Positions 59,080-64,000 of a DNA stretch of 64,000 bases are shown here, piece by piece. The stretch is taken from the NCBI GenBank assembly GCA_046583355.1, contig JAYGCM010000017.1, positions 24,162 through 88,161 of the forward strand, written 5' to 3'. Made by a program: the position numbers and the translations under genes. Numbering within the stretch: position 1 is the stretch's first letter; each line of letters starts with the position of its first letter. The DNA comes from Deltaproteobacteria bacterium. Lineage in GTDB: Bacteria; Desulfobacterota; Binatia; UBA12015. The notes under the pieces are model-generated. The model was not told the origin of the DNA, did not search any database, and was given only the letters and a program-made list of their open reading frames with translations.

Positions 59080-60897
59080 TCAGTCTTTCTCGGGTGCGCG
59101 CAGGAACAAGGCATCGAGCGGACTCGGCGCCTCGCCGGGGCGCGCCGTGTAGAGGCGGTCGCCTTCGGCCAGCTTGAGCTCGCCGGTCGCCAGTTGCACC
59201 GCCTTGCCGCGCACCAGCACCAATGCGAACTCGCCCTTGCCATAGGGCAAGTCGCGCAGCGGCCGCCCAGTGGCCTCCGTGATCCCGACCGGATGCTCCA
59301 GAATGGTGAGCTGCTTGATCCAGGTCAGTCGGCTGGCCTCCAGGACGCCGGGGAAATTCCCCGGGAAGAGGACGTCATCGGGGCGTGTGCCGTCTTCGGC
59401 GGGGCGCGCCTGGGAGCCCAGCCCGAGGTAGCGCTCGGCCATGAAATTCTCTTGGGCTTTCTGCAAGGCCAGGTCGTTCAGGGCATCGTTGCCGGTCAGG
59501 GCCAGGATGACATCAGCATAGCGCGCACCGGCCGCCTCCAGCGTTTCGGTCGAGAGTGCGTCGCCTTCCACGGCAATCAATTCCATCTCCTGGGCCCGCA
59601 GGCAGAGCGTCGGGTTGCGGTCGATCAGCACGACGGGGCGGCCGAGTTTGGTGAGCAGGCCGGCGACGCTGCGTGAGAACGCATCGGCACCGATGACCAC
59701 GGTGCCGAGGAGTTGCGGGAAGTCGACGCCGAGGAGTCGTGCGACCGGCCGGGCGGTGAGTCCTTGTAGCGTGACGGTGCAGGCTACCGTGACAAAGACC
59801 AAAGCCTCCAATTCGGCTCCGCCGGGGATATGGCTGCGCTCCAGCAGTAGGTGGAAGAGTCCGGCGATGGCTGCTGCGACTATGCCGCGCGGGCAGATCC
59901 AGGCGGCAAAGGCGCGCTCGCGTAGCGGCATATCACTGCCCCATGTCGAGAGTAGAATACTCAGGGGGCGAGCCACCCAGATGAGCAGCGCCACGCAGAT
60001 CAGCGCGCCGGAGCCCAGGGCGCGGACATTCTCCAAGCGCAGGTCGGCGGCCAGCAGAACGAAGAGGAAGGCCAGCAAAATGATGGTCAGCACTTCTTTG
60101 AAATCACGTAATTTGCCAATATCGGGAACTTTACGATTGGCCATGGTCACGCCTTGGACGACGGCCGCCATCAAGCCGGCCTCGGCCGAGAGCCCGCTGA
60201 CAAAGGCGGCGACCGCCAGGGTGACACCGAGTACGACCGGGTTGACCAACTCCTCGGGGATCCAGCGTCGCTTGAGGACGCCGGCGAGGGCCAGGCCCGA
60301 GGCGAGCCCGGCGGCACCGCCCAGGCCCAGGCGTAGTACGACGAGCCAACCGCTCTCGAGGATGCCGGCCGAACCGACCACCCACTCGGCCGCGACCAGA
60401 GCGACGATCGCGCCGAGGGGGTCGATGAGCACGCCCTCGCTGATCAGGAGCTCGCGCAGGCGGCGTTCGACCTTGAGCCGCGCGAGCAAGGGCGTGACCA
60501 CGGTCGGCCCGGTGACGATCATCAGCGAGCCGTAGAGAAGCGCGACTTCCCACGAGAGGCCGACGGCATAATGCGCGGCGAGCGTGCCGATGGCCATGGA
60601 GATCGCGCCGCCCAAGGTGATCAGCAGCAGGAGGCTGCGCTGCTGGCGACGCAAGCGGTCGAGGTCGAGCGCAAGCCCGCCCTCGAAGAGGATGATCGTG
60701 ACCGCCAGCGCAATGATGGGTTCGCGCCCGCCTTCCAGGACGGCCGGGTCCAGCAGACCGGTCAGGTCGGGCCCGAGGAGTACGCCGGTTGCGAGGAGGA
60801 GTACGATGCTGGGAAGCCCGAGCCGGGCGGCGACCGCCTGGGCGAGAGTGCCGGCCATGAGTGCGATTGCGGTCGCACCGATTGCGGTCTCGGTCAT
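59080..60897 (-). CDS. CPA1 cation:proton antiporter with TrkA-N/RCK domains
   Basis: IILFEGG, VTGPTVV, EGVLIDP, PRGIVAA, GDAL....L..AG. Confidence 0.9.
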   Translation of the reverse strand: MTETAIGATAIALMAGTLAQAVAARLGLPSIVLLLATGVLLGPDLTGLLDPAVLEGGREPIIALAVTIILFEGGLALDLDRLRRQQRSLLLLITLGGAISMAIGTLAAHYAVGLSWEVALLYGSLMIVTGPTVVTPLLARLKVERRLRELLISEGVLIDPLGAIVALVAAEWVVGSAGILESGWLVVLRLGLGGAAGLASGLALAGVLKRRWIPEELVNPVVLGVTLAVAAFVSGLSAEAGLMAAVVQGVTMANRKVPDIGKLRDFKEVLTIILLAFLFVLLAADLRLENVRALGSGALICVALLIWVARPLSILLSTWGSDMPLRERAFAAWICPRGIVAAAIAGLFHLLLERSHIPGGAELEALVFVTVACTVTLQGLTARPVARLLGVDFPQLLGTVVIGADAFSRSVAGLLTKLGRPVVLIDRNPTLCLRAQEMELIAVEGDALSTETLEAAGARYADVILALTGNDALNDLALQKAQENFMAERYLGLGSQARPAEDGTRPDDVLFPGNFPGVLEASRLTWIKQLTILEHPVGITEATGRPLRDLPYGKGEFALVLVRGKAVQLATGELKLAEGDRLYTARPGEAPSPLDALFLRAPEKD

Positions 60898-61068
60898 TCG
60901 CGCGGGTCTCCCGGTGCGGATTTATCGGTTATGGATCCAGCCATTGCATGCCTCGTCATCATCTTTCCCAACCTCCCGCACCAGCGGCGCGCTTGCGTCC
61001 GACGCCAGCCCTTCCCTCGCAGGCTCTGACAGGTAGAATCATTCGGGCCCCACGTCCAACTGAAAACC

Positions 61069-63246
61069 ATGTCGCGACTACTGATTGTATCCAACCGTCT
61101 GCCGATCACGGTATCCCGTGCCGGCTCCGAACTCCGTGTCGAGCGCAGTACCGGCGGGCTAGCCACGGGGCTCAGCGGGCCTCATGCGCGCTCCGATGCC
61201 TTGTGGATCGGTTGGCCGGGTGACGTGACCGACTTCAGCCCTGCCGAGTTGCGCGGGTTGCACCGCCGCCTCGACGAGCTGCGGGCGGCCCCGGTATGGC
61301 TCGATTCTGAGGACGTGAAGGCTTTCTACGAGGGCTTCTCGAACGGCGTACTCTGGCCTCTTTTTCACTATCTGCTCGACCAATTGCCTCTGCATTTGCA
61401 GCATTTCGGCGCCTACGAACGCGTCAATCAGCGGTTCGCCGAAGAAGTCTCGCGCCATTATCGGCCGGGAGATAATATTTGGGTGCACGATTATCAGCTG
61501 ATGTTGCTGCCCGCGTTGCTGCGCAAACGCTTCCCTGACGCCCGTATCGGCTTCTTCCTGCACATTCCTTTCCCGTCGTCCGAAATTTTTCGGATCCTGC
61601 CGTCGCGTGAGAAATTGCTCGAGGGTCTGCTCGGCGCGGATCTCGTGGGCTTCCATACAGCTGGCTATATGCGCCAATTTGGCTCGTCCATTCTGCGTGT
61701 TCTCGGCGTTGCCCCCGACGTGGACCGAGTGGCTTATGGCGAGCGTGAGGTGCGCCTCGGGGTCTTCCCGATGGGTATCGATGTTGAGAAATACACCGGG
61801 CTGGCGAACTCGGCTGCGGTTCGCGAGCGAGCCTTGGAGTTGCGCGGCGGCACCGATGGGACGATCTTTCTCGGCCTCGACCGGCTCGATTATACCAAGG
61901 GCATCCGCCGTCGCTTGCTCTCCTACGAATGTCTGCTGGCCTCGCATCCGGAGCTGCATGGGAAGGTCCGCCTGATTCAGGTGGCCGTGCCTTCACGCGA
62001 AAATGTCGACGCCTACCAGGAGTTCCGCCACGAGGTCGACGCTCTGATCGGCCGTATCAATGGTGCATTCGGAACCCCCGATTGGGTTCCGATCCACTAT
62101 CTTTATCGCAGCCTCTCCGAGGTCGAGTTGGTCGCCCTCTACCGCGTGGCCGATGTGCTGCTCATCACCCCGGTGCGCGACGGCATGAACCTTGTCGCCA
62201 AGGAATTCATCGCTGCCCGCACCGACGACGACGGCGTCCTCGTGCTCAGTGAATTTGCCGGTGCCGCATCCGAGCTGGCCGAAGCCCTGATGGTGAACCC
62301 CTTCGATATCGAGCGCACGGCCGAGGTCTTCTATCGCGCGCTCAGCCTGCCGCTCGAAGAGCGTCGGGCGCGGATGCGCGGCTTGCGCCGGCGCGTGCTT
62401 GGCTACGATGTCCACCAATGGGTTGGTTCGTTCCTTGGCACGCTTGATGAAGCCGTGCTCAGCGAGGCCAAATCCGATTTGGCGGCGAGCACGCCGGACG
62501 CAGTGGCGGCGACCGTGGTGGAGATGAAAGAGGCGCAGAAACTCCTGCTTTTGCTGGGCTACGACGGCACCATCGTTCCGGTGGCCGCGGTGCCGGAACT
62601 CTCGGCGCCGGATGATGAAATTCTTGGCTTGTTGCGCGACCTTGCCGCGCGTCCCAATACCGAAATCCACCTGATCAGCGGCGCTGCGCGCAAGACCATC
62701 GAGGGTCGCTTTGGCGGCATTCGTCTCGCGCTGCATGCCGAATACGGCTATTGGTCGCGCGACGCGGAGAGCGAGGAATGGGTTGCGGGGGAACGGCCGG
62801 ATCTCGATTGGTGGGATCAGGTAATCGACCTCCTGCGGATCTTCACGGCGCGCACACCGGGCTCTTTGATCGAAGAAAAAACCGTCACGCTGGCGTGGCA
62901 TTTTCGCTGGGCCGAGGCGGAGTTCGGTTCCTTCCAGGCCAACGAGTTGCGCATCCATCTGGCCCAGATCCTGAACAATGCGCCGGCCGAAATCTTCTCG
63001 GACGATAAGGTCATCGAGGTCCGCCCCTTCGGCATCGACAAGGGTGCGGTGGTGAAACCGTTGGTCGAGCGACTCGCTCCGGGCACCCTGGTGGTCGGCA
63101 TGGGCGACGATCGCACCGACGAGGAGCTCTTCGAGGCGCTGCCGGGCAATGCGGTTTCGATTCACGTGGGCGGCGGTCGCAGCATTGCGACTACGCGTGT
63201 TCCGGATATTGACGCCGTGCGCCGGATGCTCGGCGAATTATTGTAG
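61069..63246 (+). CDS. otsA: Trehalose-6-phosphate synthase fused to a (degenerate) T6P phosphatase
   Basis: [50 protein letters not shown]-like C-terminus with GYDGT. Confidence 0.93.
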   Translation: MSRLLIVSNRLPITVSRAGSELRVERSTGGLATGLSGPHARSDALWIGWPGDVTDFSPAELRGLHRRLDELRAAPVWLDSEDVKAFYEGFSNGVLWPLFHYLLDQLPLHLQHFGAYERVNQRFAEEVSRHYRPGDNIWVHDYQLMLLPALLRKRFPDARIGFFLHIPFPSSEIFRILPSREKLLEGLLGADLVGFHTAGYMRQFGSSILRVLGVAPDVDRVAYGEREVRLGVFPMGIDVEKYTGLANSAAVRERALELRGGTDGTIFLGLDRLDYTKGIRRRLLSYECLLASHPELHGKVRLIQVAVPSRENVDAYQEFRHEVDALIGRINGAFGTPDWVPIHYLYRSLSEVELVALYRVADVLLITPVRDGMNLVAKEFIAARTDDDGVLVLSEFAGAASELAEALMVNPFDIERTAEVFYRALSLPLEERRARMRGLRRRVLGYDVHQWVGSFLGTLDEAVLSEAKSDLAASTPDAVAATVVEMKEAQKLLLLLGYDGTIVPVAAVPELSAPDDEILGLLRDLAARPNTEIHLISGAARKTIEGRFGGIRLALHAEYGYWSRDAESEEWVAGERPDLDWWDQVIDLLRIFTARTPGSLIEEKTVTLAWHFRWAEAEFGSFQANELRIHLAQILNNAPAEIFSDDKVIEVRPFGIDKGAVVKPLVERLAPGTLVVGMGDDRTDEELFEALPGNAVSIHVGGGRSIATTRVPDIDAVRRMLGELL

Positions 63247-63276
63247 CTGCTCGGATGCAGGCCTGCTTGTCGGCCT

Positions 63277-63717
63277 CTAGCTGGCCGGTCGGAAGAGCGG
63301 GGCGGGGACGCTTCCCTCGGCACCCGCGAATTCCAGCGGAGCAAAGACGACCTCGAGCGGCATCTCGATTTTTAGCTGCTCCGGGTCGCAATCGATCAGT
63401 CGGGTAGTGAGCCGGACGGCAGGTGCTTCTTCGGGCACGACCAGTGCCGCTACGAAGGGGATGAGGTCGCGGTATTGCGGCAAGAAGGCGTGCCGCACGA
63501 CGACAAAAGAAAAGAGCGTGGCGCGCCCGCAAAGCTTCTCCCAGGCAAGCTCGGCTGCGCCGCAGGCCGGGCAGGTCTCTTTCGGGTACCAGATCCAGGT
63601 GGCGCAGGCCGCGCAGCGTGGCAGGCAGAGCTCGCCGCGCGCAGCGCCTTGCCAGAAGGGGCGCGTCGGCTCCCAGTCGAGATCGGGCAGGGGGAAGTCG
63701 GCTCCTGCGAGGCTCAT
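63277..63717 (-). CDS. Zn-ribbon/OB-fold (DUF35) protein
   Basis: PFW.GAARGEL...CAAC...P...CPAC, PF RP tail; coupled to a thiolase. Confidence 0.9.
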   Translation of the reverse strand: MSLAGADFPLPDLDWEPTRPFWQGAARGELCLPRCAACATWIWYPKETCPACGAAELAWEKLCGRATLFSFVVVRHAFLPQYRDLIPFVAALVVPEEAPAVRLTTRLIDCDPEQLKIEMPLEVVFAPLEFAGAEGSVPAPLFRPAS

Positions 63718-64000
63718 GTGTCACTCCGTTGCAGGATCAGGGTGGAGGCCTGCGGACCGGTATAGCCGCCGTAGATGCCCACCTCGGCGTCCTTCACCTG
63801 TGCCGCGGCCTCGCCGCGCAGTTGCCGGACGAGTTCCACGATATGGGCGATGCCCAACACATAGGCATGACTCAACATGCCGCCGTGGGTATTGGCCGGC
63901 AGACCGCCGCCATCGAAATGTAGATTGGTTCCGGCGACGAAGGCACCGCCTTCGCCCTTATTGCAGAAGCCCATATCTTCGAGCTGCATCAGAGTGACAA
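63714..64000 (-). CDS. Thiolase-like (SCP-x/lipid-transfer type) protein, C-terminal part
   Basis: QLEDMGFC.KGEGG, PANTHGGMLS, ELVRQLRG.A..QV. Confidence 0.88.
   Translation of the reverse strand, partial: VTLMQLEDMGFCNKGEGGAFVAGTNLHFDGGGLPANTHGGMLSHAYVLGIAHIVELVRQLRGEAAAQVKDAEVGIYGGYTGPQASTLILQRSDT

Noticed and set aside
1..64000. CRISPR arrays, IS elements, prophage genes, further Sec-UGA genes
   Set aside because: No regularly spaced repeats, transposases or phage genes were recognised. Other TGA-ending genes appear complete at their stops, although a manual scan cannot exclude further cases.

Overview
A GC-rich, gene-dense bacterial chromosomal segment. The gene content suggests a deltaproteobacteria-like lineage such as Myxococcota or Binatia, which is an inference only. 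It runs from the 3' end of recA to a truncated thiolase-like gene. Most genes serve fatty-acid/CoA metabolism (thiolases, SDR, crotonase, acyl-CoA dehydrogenase, single-chain biotin carboxylase, CoA transferase, acyl-CoA ligase). It also holds a pilT-like ATPase, a TonB-dependent receptor operon, tRNA-Leu(CAA), a Phd/VapC toxin-antitoxin pair, a sulfite reductase cluster, fumarase, transporters and an otsA-otsB fusion. The strongest hidden signal is two genes that the ORF track splits at an in-frame TGA. In both, the TGA sits in a Cys-type redox motif and is followed by a bacterial SECIS-like hairpin. They read as a membrane-anchored peroxiredoxin-like selenoprotein (16024-16785, W-U-P-F-C) and a UGSC selenoprotein (36195-36716, D-U-G-S-C) coupled to a CxxC partner gene. 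Other oddities are an MFS transporter fused to a DUF2849-like domain ahead of cysI, an OtsAB phosphatase domain lacking its catalytic Asp, and two very small intergenic gene remnants. No CRISPR array, integrase or transposase was seen. Family calls come from motif recognition, not database searches.
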